Source: Seison nebaliae (lineage: Eukaryota). From it: 64,000 nucleotides of DNA. Made by a program: the position numbers and the translations under genes. The notes under the pieces were generated by a model that was given only the letters and a program-made list of their open reading frames with translations, was not told the origin of the DNA and made no database searches. This document shows, one piece after another, positions 1-13,596 of this stretch; the stretch's first letter is position 1; the number at the start of each line of letters is the position of its first letter. Location of the stretch: assembly GCA_023231475.1 (NCBI GenBank), contig JALJEE010002326.1, forward strand, positions 1-64,000. The letters are read 5' to 3'.

Positions 1-189
1 GGATTCCCACGTCATTTAAATTAGACGTAAGGAGAGTGTTGGCACAAATGTGCAATGACATGAGAAAAAATAACCCATTGTAATTTTAATATTTTATGTT
101 TTTTAAATAAATTTTTAAATAAATTTTCATATCTTTCTTAAAAATAAAATATTATATTAAAAATTATTTTAAAAAAACAGGCAGAATGG

Positions 190-365
190 CATATATGTTT
201 TCCCGTGTGTCCCCGTCAAATCATATATGTTTTCCCGTGTGTCCCCGTCAAATAATATGTGCTATACCGTGTATTCCCGTCAAGTCATATATGTTTTCCC
301 GTGTATTCCCGTCAAATCATATATGCTATCCCGTGTATTCCCGTCTAATCATATATGCTATCCCG
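190..365. repeat. 32-bp tandem repeat, about 5.5 copies
   Basis: Unit CATATATGTTTTCCCGTGTGTCCCCGTCAAAT recurs head-to-tail with a few substitutions. It accounts for the repetitive ORFs 186..389 and 227..433. Confidence 0.9.
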
Positions 366-576
366 CTTCGCTTGCAAGATCATGCATGATCACACGGGGT
401 GACATATATGCCACCCCGTGTAATCATATATGATTCTTTACATGGGTAATATGGCTGACATGACATTTAAAAACCAAACTAAGTGTAGAATTGTCCTGAT
501 TATGAGTTAATAACGGTCCTATGAAGGATTTTTATGTACAGTTATTATTTTTCCAGTTCATTTTCATTATGTTTGG

Positions 577-796
577 AGGTTGAGAACTGTCCTTTTTTTC
601 AAAAGGTTGAGAACTGTCCGAAAATAGAAAAAGCAGGTTGAGAACTGTCTGAAATTGAGAAAAAAAGAATGAGAACTGTCCGAAAACTTAATGGAAGGTG
701 GAGAACTGTTCGAATAATTAATAGAAGGTTGAGAACTATCCGGAAGTATAAGAAACTAGGTTGAGAACTGTCCGATTTTTGGGTTGAGAACTGTCC
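577..796 (+). repeat. Array of 8 copies of a 16-bp core (AGGTTGAGAACTGTCC) with variable A-rich spacers; probable MITE/transposon subterminal repeats
   Basis: Cores are read directly from the sequence; spacers are about 7-16 nt. Degenerate copies lie near 484 and 818. A related segment at 38062-38144 ends in the same CCCCAATCA. Confidence 0.85.
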
Positions 797-2029
797 GCTG
801 CAAAATTTTTATATAGTGTTACGATTTGTCCCCCAATCAGTTCAATTAATGTCTTTGTGTTCATTTCGTATTATGTGGAAGTATGAGCAACTAAATTGTC
901 ATACCAAAACCTTAAAAAAATATAAAGTAAAGATTTAAGTTTCTTGTCTCTTCAATTTCCATTAAATTTAATAAAATCATTCAGATGAAGTTATCGGGTT
1001 TTGAATATGTTTCTCGTTAGGGGTGACTTTATCTAGAATATATAAACAATTTCTGACTTCTTATTTTCCTATGAGTTTTCTTTTCCTCTATAAGAATAAA
1101 AAAAGAAGATTTTAGAATTAACATATGAACTTCATTTAGATCTCAGTTCGATTTGAAGAAACAGAGTCAACAGTTGTTTAATATGAAACGGAGAAAGATA
1201 ATGTATTTAACGTGAGAGCAATTTTAATACGCGTTAAAATTGTACAGAATTCTGGAAAAATTCTGTGCAAGGTTCTGCAACAGGATTAATCACAATAGTT
1301 TCGAAAGAAAATTCAGCCAAATTAAATACGACCAATTTATTTTGATAGTGCATGTGGAGATACATTAAAATTGGAACCGGTTCAAGTGAACATATTTATA
1401 TTCAAATCTAGTCGCGCAGCGGCATTGACTAACAATCCCTATTGTAAATGTTTTCATTTACCCTCATATTTGTTTTCGGAGAGGAATCACCGTAAAATTT
1501 TTTCAATAGTGAGGAATGAACTGAATTTCCGTTAGATATTTGAATGAATTCTTCTCAAATGAAAAACAGAACGAGTTTCTTTATATAATGAGTTTCTCTC
1601 CGGGATTCAATTGAATCAGAATTTTCCATATGATTTTGTTGGCGGTCAGTTTGTGTCGTTTCGTTTGAAAATAACAAGATAACACATTAGGTGGAAAATA
1701 TAAATATTATTGTTAGAAGTGAAATTATCTCGAATCGGTTCGCTGAATTTGATAGATTTGTAATAACATTAATTCTCTTTCGGATAATGAAAATAGACTA
1801 TTTTAACCATATGATGTCATTCAAATTTATCTTTCAATCAATTGCCACATCTGCTTCGTGAAGTGGAAGGTGTCCTATTTATGTTTTCCCATTTATATTT
1901 TGTTCGTTTTAGGATTATTACTGTATAATCTACACTATAATGGATAAAAGAATTATTTGTCCATTTCGTAAATAGGCCCCCCAACAATATCATTCTAATG
2001 ATATTTATATTAACGACATTTTTTACAAA

Positions 2030-2252
2030 TTTTTTTTCTACTTAAAATGAGTTTACTTCATTCTTTTTCTACCAAAAAATAGCAATTTTGTTCTTTATAG
2101 GAAATGGGTTAACTTCTTCCCTTTTACAGAAAACCGGCTTAACATGTTTCTTTTTACTTAAAAGTGGATTTACTTCATTCTTTTTAGCAAGGTTAAGATC
2201 TTTCTTTTTCGATGAATATGGGTTAACTACTCCTTAAAGGTTAACTTCTTTC
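2030..2252. repeat. Degenerate ~30-bp tandem repeat with GGGTTAACTTCTTC / TTTACTTCATTCTTTTT cores
   Basis: About 7 diverged copies. CTACTTAAAATGAGTTTACTTCATTCTTTTT near 2038 is almost duplicated near 2154. Confidence 0.6.
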
Positions 2253-2801
2253 ACCAATTCGTACAACGGATTGTCGTTCTTATTAGTATCTAAACATAAA
2301 TTGTACACAATAGCGTTAGATATCATATGGACAGTGGAATATCCAATAATCGGAAAATGACATTGTCCTTATAATTGAATGAAGCTGTTAAGGAAAGAAG
2401 TTGATCCTATTGGAAATAATGAATCTCAACACAATATTTATGTTCATGAATAATGATTCAAATACTCATTTCGAATGAAAGAAGAACTTTAAAGGAAATG
2501 ATTAGAGGAAGTGTGCGTTAATCCGAATTCTTTGAGACTATTAAGTATCGGATGAGAATGAAGTGGAATTAGAGATGAAAGGAGAGAATGTTGTTTATTT
2601 CATCAGAGTATTTTTCATGATTATTCAAATTACTTTCATGGGAGAAAAATTGAATTCGTTTAAAATGTTGATCAGTGATATAATATCAATAATTACTTTT
2701 CTTATCTTTAATATGAAGAGCGCAATCCTGAAAATAACACTAAATACATGAGTAAATAATACACACTTCATTCCATTGTTTACTTATTCAATAATCACCT
2801 C

Positions 2802-3452
2802 CTAAGTATATTCTTCCACCCAACGACCAGTGAAAGTGTTATTAGAGAGATGTTTGGGTGAATTTCTGTTTATTCTTTTATCTCTATTCATCTGCCACAT
2901 GACCAACAAATAGGAAAGATATCCGATGTTGTTGGTAACAATTAGAATTGTTGTGATGAGTTGAAGATGAATAATAATGGAAATCATTCTCGCATCACAT
3001 TCAGGCTGAACGGAATTTATAAACTTGTCATCAATAAACTTTTCGAATGTCATTGTCATCTGAAAATAAATTAAATGAGACTATCTTATTGAATTAACTA
3101 ACATTTCTTGAGTAATTTGTACTTAGATTTTCGGTACATGACATTCGTGTAATATTTTTAAAGACGCGAAGCCAATGGAGAGCATATCCTAGATTCATCA
3201 AACCACTCAGAATTAGATTACATAAATTATTGAGAATTTGAATGAAATTCAATATTTTTCGATTGCAAGCATCTTTTAGAAAAGAATTATCTTATGAGAT
3301 TAATATATATGGAAAAAACTAATTAATAAGATAATGAGATCGAATACCAGTAATAATATGAGAATTAATTGTGCTAATTTTGCATTCCATTCTCGTAGAT
3401 TTTTGGTAAGGATGATCTCATATAAACCGATCAATATGCCAATGCAAAGAAT
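2802..3452 (-). CDS. Small multi-pass (about 4 TM) membrane protein; 5' exon not resolved
   Basis: Three exons join in frame through two GTT..AG introns: ILCIGILIGLYEIIL..LAQLILILLLVFDLIILLI / ACNRKILNFIQILNNLCNLILSGLMNLGYALHW..C..NYSRN / MTMTF..C..MISIIIHLQLITTILIVTNNIGYLSYLLV..EEYT*. Confidence 0.5.
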
Positions 3453-6400
3453 CTGTAAAGACAATGAATTATTTTTTCATTAGCGTATTAATGTTTCATC
3501 TATTTGAAGAAGAATGTAAATCGTTTGCCACCTATTAATCGTACAATATATTCTGACACGTCATGACTCATGTGACCAAATTTCCATATACTCAAAAGAA
3601 TATAGGAAAAAAACACCTATTTTTTTCTACGACGCAAAATGGAAAAAGAACATTTTCAAATATTTCCAAGATATAAATTTCGTTAAATTTACTCAATTTT
3701 GAAAAAAACCATAAGAAATCGTCAAATTATTTAATATTCGAATTTTTGCTTCGAAATAATTTTAGCTTAATAAAAAATTTTAACCTTAAATTTAATTCTT
3801 CCCAACTCCTCTAGTTTTCCTATGAGTTTCGCTAACAATCTGAACAAAACAAAATACTTATACTACGGAACAACGATTGATGGAGAAAGATGTGATACGT
3901 CAATGGATTTCTGGGATTGTCCACTTTTTTAAGGAATTGCCATTAAGAGCAAGAACTATCATTCGTATAAGAACAGTGCATTCTTCAATTTATTCCTGGT
4001 CATCAATCATTAAATCATTGATTATTATTTCATCCACGTCCAAGTAGTTCCGGAGAAGAAAATTTCGTCCAATCGTCTCGCAGTTGAAATTCCGTCGATT
4101 TCTTGTAAGTCAACATTGATTGGAATATAAAGTAGATGCTGGACAAATGACATCTTCTCACAGACAATGACTCAGACAAATAGAGAAATTAATGAAGTTC
4201 ACATATTCATTAAGGAGATAGAAAAAAGAATTAGCGAAGAAATTAACAGATAAAAAAAATGATGACACGTACTTGAAGAAACGAATGGAGGAATTTCGAC
4301 GATTATGAATATCAAATGAGAACGACTAACATTTATGACAGAAACGATATACACCAACCAAACTTTTATTGGTTTTCGATTACGAAGCGACTGATGTGTA
4401 AGAAGCATGTCCCTGTTGTTCGACTGATCGTTTTCCATATTGGCAACTGTTCGATTTAAGAATATGACAGCGCAATTAAAAAATTGAAATTGTGCGGCAT
4501 TGTCGGAAAAGTGGAATAATAAAAAACGAAATTTATGATGAGAACTAAAAGAAGTAGTGAGGAATTGTGTAATCGATATTTGACAAGTTGTTGGATGTGA
4601 TCACTCGTATGTGACAAATGACAATTAGCCGAGTGTAATTGTTGATTCCAGATCGTGACTTGCGACACCGACAATCGGAATCAAACAAATAAACTTAATG
4701 AAATAATGAAAATAATAACATTTTAACACAGAACTTTTATCTTCATGACTTTCTACTCATTCTTCTATCACTGTTCATCAATAAAATGTGAAGAGTCATT
4801 TCATTTCATTGTTAATGGTTGACTTCGATTCGATCTTCTTCTTGAGTCGTTGAAGAAGACTGAAGGAAGAGCACTTGACGTGCATATCTAATTCTTTAAT
4901 TTTCTTTCTACCTATCTATCTCACTCATCACTCCTACTCAATTCTCTCCTCTGCACAAAACGATATCATCCACTTATGCAAAGATTTCGTGTGTTTAATC
5001 GACATACCATTCCCTCACGAGAATGAAGATTTATCAGAGAAGTAATTTGTCGTTACCCATTCGAGATTGTCGTAGACATTTCAAGATTCCTCTTGCCAAT
5101 TCGACTTTCTTTCAATGTTTCTATTAGTAATTTTACAGAATTATCGATAATTTTGATTTCATGTCGAATGATTAATGAAATTGACGTTAGATTATTCGTC
5201 ATAACTCAACTCCATTTCATTCTCTGAAAGAAAATGAATTTTTGAGGAAAAATATTAATTTTTATGTCTTTTATTCATATCATTGATGATGAGAATGGAA
5301 ATCAGGTTCATCATAAACAGTTCTCTTTTTTCTTATTCCCATTAGAGAATCGTGTAGCAGATCAATTTAATGGCACGTCGTTGATACACCTGGCGAGAAA
5401 TCTATGCAGATACAGTTTGACATGATGCAAGACCCCATCAAAGATTTTCTCTTCTCCTTATACTCTTCATTCGAGAGGTGAATCGGAGAAGTGTGTTCCA
5501 TATCATTCATCGATTCATTCCCCAACAGTAAATTGATAATTGTAGCCGATTTAATTTAAACATTATCTATCCCATTTTTCTTTCATTTACCATGCAAATC
5601 AAATCGATTGACAACATCACTATATGAATGTCGAACGAGCAGTAAGAGAATCAGAAAGAAATTCCTTCTAAACAATCAATGGAGATAATTCACACAAACT
5701 AATGGCGATCAATCAGAACGATCATTCATTCTGTCGGTAAGTAAACTTGTCATGCAATATTGATGCACGCCTCCATTTATCTTGTATTCGACTTCGACAC
5801 CTGGTAAGACCATTCAGTCATGTGAATGAATTGATTAAAAAAGGAAAGGAGAATCATTAGATTGGAAAAAGAAGATATGTTCGCTTGTCAACCGAATATA
5901 TCGAGTAGAATTATTAGTAAAAACAAAAGAGGAATAAGACGAAGAATAAAATGAAGAGAATAAGGAACATCAAACTTTCACAGAAAGAATATTAGGAATA
6001 TTTTCCTTCGATTGAAATTCGATGCTGCGTCCGACTCTACGTTCATAAGTTCTTTCTCGACTATGTCGTTGTTTAAATAGAAACAAACCAGAGAACGGAA
6101 TTATGAAGAGAATAATAAACTTCTCATCTTTTTCTTCGTTTCAAAACAAGTCTTTTTTACACTTTCGTTTTCTCTTCGTACCGCGCCATTTCGACACACT
6201 TAACAGAGATTTAAACGCGCATCAAATGAAATGAAGGATCCTTCTAGCCTTCTGCCCCCTCCTCCCCATCACCATCCTTTACAATCGAATAATAAATCAT
6301 TATGGTAATACTAGTTGTGCAGGTGTCCACATTAGAAAGGAGAAATAACAATTTGAAATATTTATGAAAGGACGAAATGAATCCTCTTCAATACGAATAT

Positions 6401-7946
6401 GAAGTCGAAAGCCATCTGTCCGTCATCCTTAATAATTCATCTGTATTCTAATCGGAGACTTCTCATACAAATTCCTATCTCCATTCCTCCTTTCTCGTTC
6501 GTCCAAGTAATTAACGTAGAAATAATTTTAATTTCGAGATTCATTTAGAGATTGAGATTGAAGAACTCGAGATTCACCTATAATTTGTCTTAAATTACTC
6601 CTAATTCTTTACAATTATTTTCCCCATTTTCTTCCTTCACAACAACAATAACAACGACGAAATGACGAATGGGAGAAATGAGGAATTTTCTCCAACCATT
6701 TCTCATAGATTTCTAATGAAGTTTTTTGTATTAAAATTTCCATTTCTCTTTTTTCCGGTCGTCAACTACTAAAATGATGATGACGAAACTATTGTTCTCA
6801 TTCATACAGTGACAGCAGGTTGGGATGGTGGAGGTAGCTCTTAAGAATTGATCGGATATCGATTTCCATTAGACGTTTGACTAAATGGAAATCGTTGATG
6901 TTGTTTCCTTTTCTTTTATTCCATCTCTTATTCAGAAGAAGAAAAGAAAAGAAGAGAAAACTTTCGACTTTCCCCTTCCAAATCAGAAAATGGCGACTCA
7001 GTGACAATATGGAATTGTCGAACGATAAGTTGAATTCATTCATCCTATGAATTGATTTGATCAAGAGAAAATAGGGAAAACGGTTTTCCTACTTTTAGAA
7101 TCATTATGCCGGAATGGTAACTAACAGCTCATCTCAAATCGTCACATTCACAATATTCTGTCACACGTTCTTGTCGACGATTATATGATAAGAATTTTTA
7201 ATGAGAAACTGAATAAGTCGCACCAAATATCAAGTATATAATAAAACACCAGAATGAACATGTTTACAATTGACGGGTGCGTCTCCTTTTTCTTCGTCTT
7301 CTTCTCCTCCTCATATCAGAAAAGTTCCTATCAATGATTTACGAGAGGAGCGATGAACAGTGGCGTCTTCCTACTACTATTATTATAACAGGTGCCATCA
7401 AAACACTTCCATAAGTCAACAAATGTAATATATTGAAACAATTTATTATTCCATTTCTTATCATTCATCTTTTACTAATTCTCCTTTACCTTATATGTTG
7501 GAAGAGACATTCTCTTAAGTTTGTAAGAGAACTTCTTTTCCGTTATTCGCCTTTCCACTACCGATACTATTCAATTCCTCTACTTTTCAAACTTAATGGT
7601 TATTAATCCATTTGTTCATCTCACTTCGCTTCATTTAATGTCTTCGTTTAATGGAATTAAAGGAATGGACTGGATCATTTCCTATTTTCACGAAATTTCT
7701 TTTCAAATATTTGTTTTATTGTTATCAGATGCTGTCTTCATTTATTCGAAAGAATTTGAGAAAGATTTCGCTCTTTTCATAACTTTCAAGTCATTTGATT
7801 CTTCACTTATCAATTTTCAAATTTCACCCATCTTTCCATCAATATTTGTTTTCGTGTTATTTTCATTTACTTCTCAATATTTTTCCAATTAGATAACAAT
7901 CTTTTTAAATCGTATTCCTGAAATTAATCGCTATTCATTTCTCAAA

Positions 7947-9228
7947 ATGGATGCAAAAGTAAAGAAATCTTTTAATGTTCTCTCCTTATTGGACGGAAGT
8001 GAGCAGATTAGTCGATGTAATAACAGTACAAGTGGATGTAGTAGTAGTAGCAGTAACGAAGAGAATACTCCGAATGATAATGTGCCACGTCAAAATATTG
8101 CATGTCTTCTTGCATTAATCTCAAGTTTTCAAAATCACAATCGAATTAAACAACATGTCGAAGGAAAGAATGTATCTCCGGGGATAAGTAATAGAGACGA
8201 CGAATTATCTTTACCGTCATTACCAACTGAAATTCTTTCACCAAATCATTCTTCACCAAATGAAAATCAACTACAACCTAAAAGAAATGATTTCAATTTA
8301 CTGAATATTCTTCCGTCGCCAAATTCTACACCAACAAAAAACAATAAAAGAAGTCTCGACTCACCAACCTCTGAAGAGAGAAAAGTTCATTTGGTTTCAT
8401 CAAATTAATCTTCATCATTTATTTAGAATATTAAAAAGTTTTGTGGAAATACTAATAACTGTTCACCGGTACAAAATTTTCTACCTTTTCGACGAAAGCC
8501 GGAAATTCCGAAAGATAACGACGTCTCCCAAATCAATACAATTGCTTCGACACTTATGTGCAATTTTATTCGTAGTAATCCTCATCTGATCAATTTAGCG
8601 TATAATAATGGATTTAAGACATCGACATTAACCCCTCTGCATTTACGGAAGGCGAAACTAATGTTCTTCTTCTGTCGATATCCGAGTTCAAATATCATCA
8701 AAACTTATTTTCCTGACGTACATTTCAATAAGAACAACACTGCACAACTCGTCAAATGGTTTAGTAACTTCAGGTTAATTATTTTAAATTCATCAATAAT
8801 TCAACATTGTTTCAATAGAGAATTTTATTATATTCAAATTGAGAAATATTCGAGATCATTCATCAATGAAGAAATGAAACGAATTAGGAAAACGAAGAAA
8901 GAAGAAAAAATGAATGTCGAAAGTTTGAAAGTTCCTTACGACTCGGAACTTTTTCGTGCATTAAATTTACATTATAATCGTAATAATCAAATGGAAGTTC
9001 GATGTCAAATATTTTCTTCACTTGTAACACAATTAACTTTCTTAATAGGTACCAAAACGATTTTGTGTTGTCGTTGAAGAAACTGTAAAAGAATTTATAC
9101 GTTCGATTCTCGCTGGAAAAGATCAGGAACCATCTTGGAAGAAAGCTATTTACAAAGTCATTGCAAGAATGGACGATCAGTTGCCCGATATTTTCAAGAA
9201 TACACATTGGCTTGATGCTGTTGAATGA
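7947..9228 (+). CDS. pros: Prospero/Prox homeodomain transcription factor, about 380 aa, 4 exons (introns 8385-8426, 8774-8818, 8997-9048)
   Basis: The spliced product contains the diagnostic homeo-prospero domain: [79 protein letters not shown]. Confidence 0.95.
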
Positions 9229-10169
9229 CCAATCAATCTTTATTGATTATCTACATTTTCCTCTTCATCATCATTAATTATTCGAATTCTTCTTGTGACT
9301 ATATTTTACTACAATTCTAATTACAATAATTGTAATTTTCATTTGATTGGAATATTTATAAAAAACACCATCAATTTCGAAATAATAATTTATTTTCTTA
9401 CGGAGCTATTCCCCAATTTCGTTCATATTTTTCTTTATTATAACTAAAGTACAACTTGGTCGTGTTTTGAACGTATTCATCCTGTGTTTTGATTCAACCT
9501 CTTATTTGGCTTCGGAGAGGAATTCGGCCATAAGGTGAATACCGATCCGGGATTCGTATAACTATACGACGAACCACTATTAATCCTTATAATCAATCAT
9601 AGTGATGCATTCTTCAAATTTATACTTAATTTATACGAAAATTCGCTCATACATCTATCAATGAAGACAATCAAAACCATTGACTTTTCTGACGAGGAAA
9701 TTTCATTATTGAAAGATAATCTTTTTCTGAAAGCTATTTCTAACGCTCTTTATCGAACTTTTAACGATCAGAAACTATCCAGAATCCATTAATCACTCTA
9801 AGAATTAAATTAATTCTATCAATAAGTTTAGTCTAATAATATTCGAATTTCATTGTAATAAGAATAGCTGCTTATAGATTTAGATTTTCTCTAATAGCAA
9901 AAAAAAGTGGATGAGTAAGATGAGATAAACAGAAAAGGTTAATGGGGATTTCGCTTGTGAGAGAAAAATTATGACACTACTACTCAATGCCAAACAGGAA
10001 GATCACATGTAGTTTACGACTTGAGTAACAAAATTTTGATTTAGTTGAACGATCTGCGTAACGTTGATTGAATCAAATATTCTCCATTAAAATTGGTTCG
10101 AATTCCGTTCTGCTTATTACAATCTGATTTACTCGAATAACGTTTGTCAATGTAAAAAGGTCAACGCTC

Positions 10170-11031
10170 GAGTCTAGGTCAATTGGTAGACGGACGTTTG
10201 GTAGACCGACCATTTGGTAGACTCCATATACAAAATGGAGTTAGGTAGATATATTTGATATTTTCCTATTGAACATTAAAATTACTCCAAAATGTTGGAT
10301 CATTTCAAAAGATTATTATCATTAAAAATTCATATTCCGAAATATTTGCGAGATGAAATCGTCATTGGAAGAAAACTTATCAGTGACAATTTGTACAGTA
10401 ATCTATCTCATTTTCTTTTTACTTGGTATGTAAAAACTTTCTTTTTTTCTTATATTGTAACTTTCTTATTCTGATTTTCTTGTTTTCATTTTTTGATTTT
10501 CACTGTTTTATACATATTTCACTATATACTTTTGTAAATAAAATATTAAGCTATAATATATTCCATTACATAATTAATTAAAATTAAAATTTAATTTTAA
10601 TCTTATTTTTTTTTTTATTATAAAATCAAATCCCCTCGGGGTAAGTGATGTCCTATATTCTTAATTAATCGGGAAGTTTGCCGAATAATATGTCGTCCGT
10701 AATTTCCCCATTCTCTCTTATCTTCAATAAATCTTGTAATCTTCTTAAATTTTAAGGAGTTTTTCTTTCTCAATAGAACAGCCCCAAATAAAGAAACAGA
10801 AAATAAAATAAGTTATTTAAAAAATAACTTAAAAATTGAATTTTAAATTTTAATGATAACAATCTTTTTGAATTAACCTAAAATTTGGTTTAAATCTCGT
10901 TCTCAATCTCTAAATTTTAATTATGTAATTAATATATCTACATAACTACAATAATAACTACATAACTGCATTTTGTATACGGAGTTTACCAAATGGTCGG
11001 TCTACCAAATAGTACCAAATGGCATTTTCCT
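10170..11031. mobile_element. Non-autonomous TIR element (MITE), Mutator/MULE-like
   Basis: Imperfect inverted arms of about 60-70 bp (TTTGGTAGACCGACCATTTGGTAGACTCCATATACAAAATG vs CATTTTGTATACGGAGTTTACCAAATGGTCGGTCTACCAAA). Flanked by the direct repeat GTCAACGCTC at 10160-10169 and 11032-11041. The interior is AT-rich and non-coding. Confidence 0.8.
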
Positions 11032-11342
11032 GTCAACGCTCACGGTTAAGTGTATTAGGAATTAAATGCATTTAGTGTAATTTCATACGACGTCACTACT
11101 ACTCTCAAAGTGTATTTCCTACCGCCCCAAAAGAAGAGAAGTCATTAAAACCTTACCTATCTTTTTATTTTACTTTTCAAATTCAATTTAAGTTCGAAGA
11201 TCGAAGTAATATTATCACTGATAATTCTTACGAATATTTTTCTGACTCTTTCTTTAATGTTCCCTATAGAGATTTAATTTTACAGTAAATGAATATAATC
11301 ATGAAAAATTAAATGAATAAAGTATTTATTGGGCTAAATTAT

Positions 11343-13596
11343 TTATCTACGACATTGACCACAACAACCATTTGCCGGATAATAGTAATTTTGACATTTA
11401 ATTCTTGGACAATGAATGTTTGAGCATTCATTTCCACATTTCTCGCAACATTCTCCATTTGAATAAACTGCATTTATTCTCAGTTCGTTTTGGCATGTCA
11501 AAATTGGGCATTTCATCGAACGACATCGAACGGGAATATAAGAATTGATAGGATGAATGAAATTATTCCTTGAGAAACGTTGACATCTCATACAACATTC
11601 GTTATTTGGTCGATAATGGAGTGAATCGTGACATGACAATTTAGGACATGCATTCTTTAAGGAACAAGATAAGCCATGCAGAGTACAAATACAAGTTTTG
11701 CATAAAATGTCTATTGTGTCACCCAGAAATAATCGTCGATGTTTCACTCGACAAATTTTTACATTATCTTTAAAGGAAACGAGTGAAGTGTTGTATTAAA
11801 ATCAATAATCTAACCGCTACAGCGACATTTCGAATTATTCTCACAAGGTTCACTATAATCGATTAATCCGTTCATTGTGCACTTTTTCCATCGACAATCA
11901 TCGATCGGATAAAGTTGTTCCAAATTTAATGTTTGTCCCAAGAACGAACAAGTGTTGTCTCGACAACGTTTACAACATTTACCATTATCAAGAATTTGAT
12001 GAATTGAAGAACAATGAAGTTTGGGACAATTCAAATTTCTTCTTCTCTTCTTTCCACGATAACAAGCCAATTCATAACATTGATTCCTTAATATCATCAT
12101 GCCATGTTTAAAAATTTGTCGATTATGGATACATGCTGAATAATTTTAGATTTAAAAGAGATAAATAAAAAAGAAAAACATTGAGTTGAAACAGGACAAC
12201 AGAAATCATCTGTAAATCTCGGATAAGATAGAGCATGGCCACCACAATTTTGTTTCCAACAATTCAAACCATTTCCTGTACATTCACACGTTTCACAACG
12301 ATTCTTATGAAAAGTATTTCCAATGAGATATCTCCGATTCTCATATTCACAATTGGACGAACATGACGGACAACATTCATTATCATCCAATATTGGATGA
12401 GCACAATGAACATTAGGACATTGACGATGTAAACACCTGACACCAGCTTTAGTACATCGACACATTTCACATCGTGATCTTCGAAAAACTTCTCCTAAAT
12501 TATAATATTCTCCTTTAAAATAACATCGGTTAATAGTGGAGCATGTCGGACAACAGGAATCTGTCACCACTTCAAATTTCCCACACGATATCTTTGGACA
12601 AGAAGGAGAAAAACAATCAATCTCTCCATTCATACAACGACATTTTCGACATTTCTCTTTCAGAAACATTTGGTCGTGATGATAAACAATTCCATTGTAA
12701 CGACAATCCGTTTGACAAATCGGACAACATTCGTTTGGTAAAGTTATTTCTCTTAAACAATTTCTCCGTTTGATACAAGTCGTCAAATGACAACGACTCC
12801 TTCGGAAATCAGGAATCGAATTCAATGGTTCGAATTCTTCTTGTCGACATCGACTACAACAATCGTCAGTAATTTGTAAATAGAGTGGACAATTGATTGA
12901 GGGACATTTTGGTCGTTCACAATTCAGTTCTCCGAATCGACACACACATGTCTCACAAGAAGAAATGACGAATCGATTTCCATTTATTATATAACGATTT
13001 TCCGGTGCAAAAAAACAATCTTCATCTAAATAAATTTGTAAAAGATTTTTAATTATTTATCCACTTAAATAAAGAAACCTCCAAATTGTTCAGATGAATC
13101 GTAAAATGGCGTTAAATGTGAACGTTTTGTTCTGATTTTTGCAGGGAAACAAACTGGACAACATGTATCACTTGATATCTCCCAATCATTACACTGCGGT
13201 TTCTGACAATGAATCTTATGACAGATAATTTTCTTTTTTATACATTGACATTTCTCACAAACTGCCGATTGGAGTTGAGTAAAATTCTTCTGATTTTCAC
13301 AAACTTTAAAAAAATAAAACTTTTTTGAAAATTTTATAAAAAAATTTACCATCCCAACAAATTGGACAACAACTATTTTTTGGAATTATTGTCTTCTCAC
13401 ATGTGAGTTTTGAACAAGAAATTTCATCACATTTTATCGAACCGTCTAATTGACATTGGCATAATTTGCAATTATCATTTATATACTTCTCTCCAGTAAC
13501 CAATATTCGTCTATTCGATTTTTGATGGGTACAATATTTCTTTCCACTTACAAAAAAATGAAGAAAACAATTTATTAATATGAAAGAGAATAGCAT
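11343..13596 (-). CDS. Secreted protein of tandem VWC (chordin-type cysteine-rich) repeats, kielin/chordin-like, 5 exons
   Basis: Hydrophobic leader MLFSFILINCFLHFFVSG is followed by more than 10 CxxCxC...C..C...CCPxC modules across ORFs 13306, 13065, 12097, 11810 and 11343, joined by four short GT-AG introns. No TM segment is seen. Confidence 0.88.

Noticed and set aside
186..433. ORFs 186..389 and 227..433
   Set aside because: They are translations of the 32-bp tandem repeat.
577..796. True CRISPR array
   Set aside because: The context is a spliced eukaryotic genome with no cas genes. The repeats are only 16 bp, and the spacers are short, uneven and partly similar to each other.
1120..2750. 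Coding-like fragments, possibly a decayed transposase
   Set aside because: Multiple stops and no diagnostic motif.
3820..7900. Short ORFs upstream of prospero (4199, 4456, 6798, 7596)
   Set aside because: No motifs or consistent exon chain; composition matches chance ORFs in AT-rich DNA.
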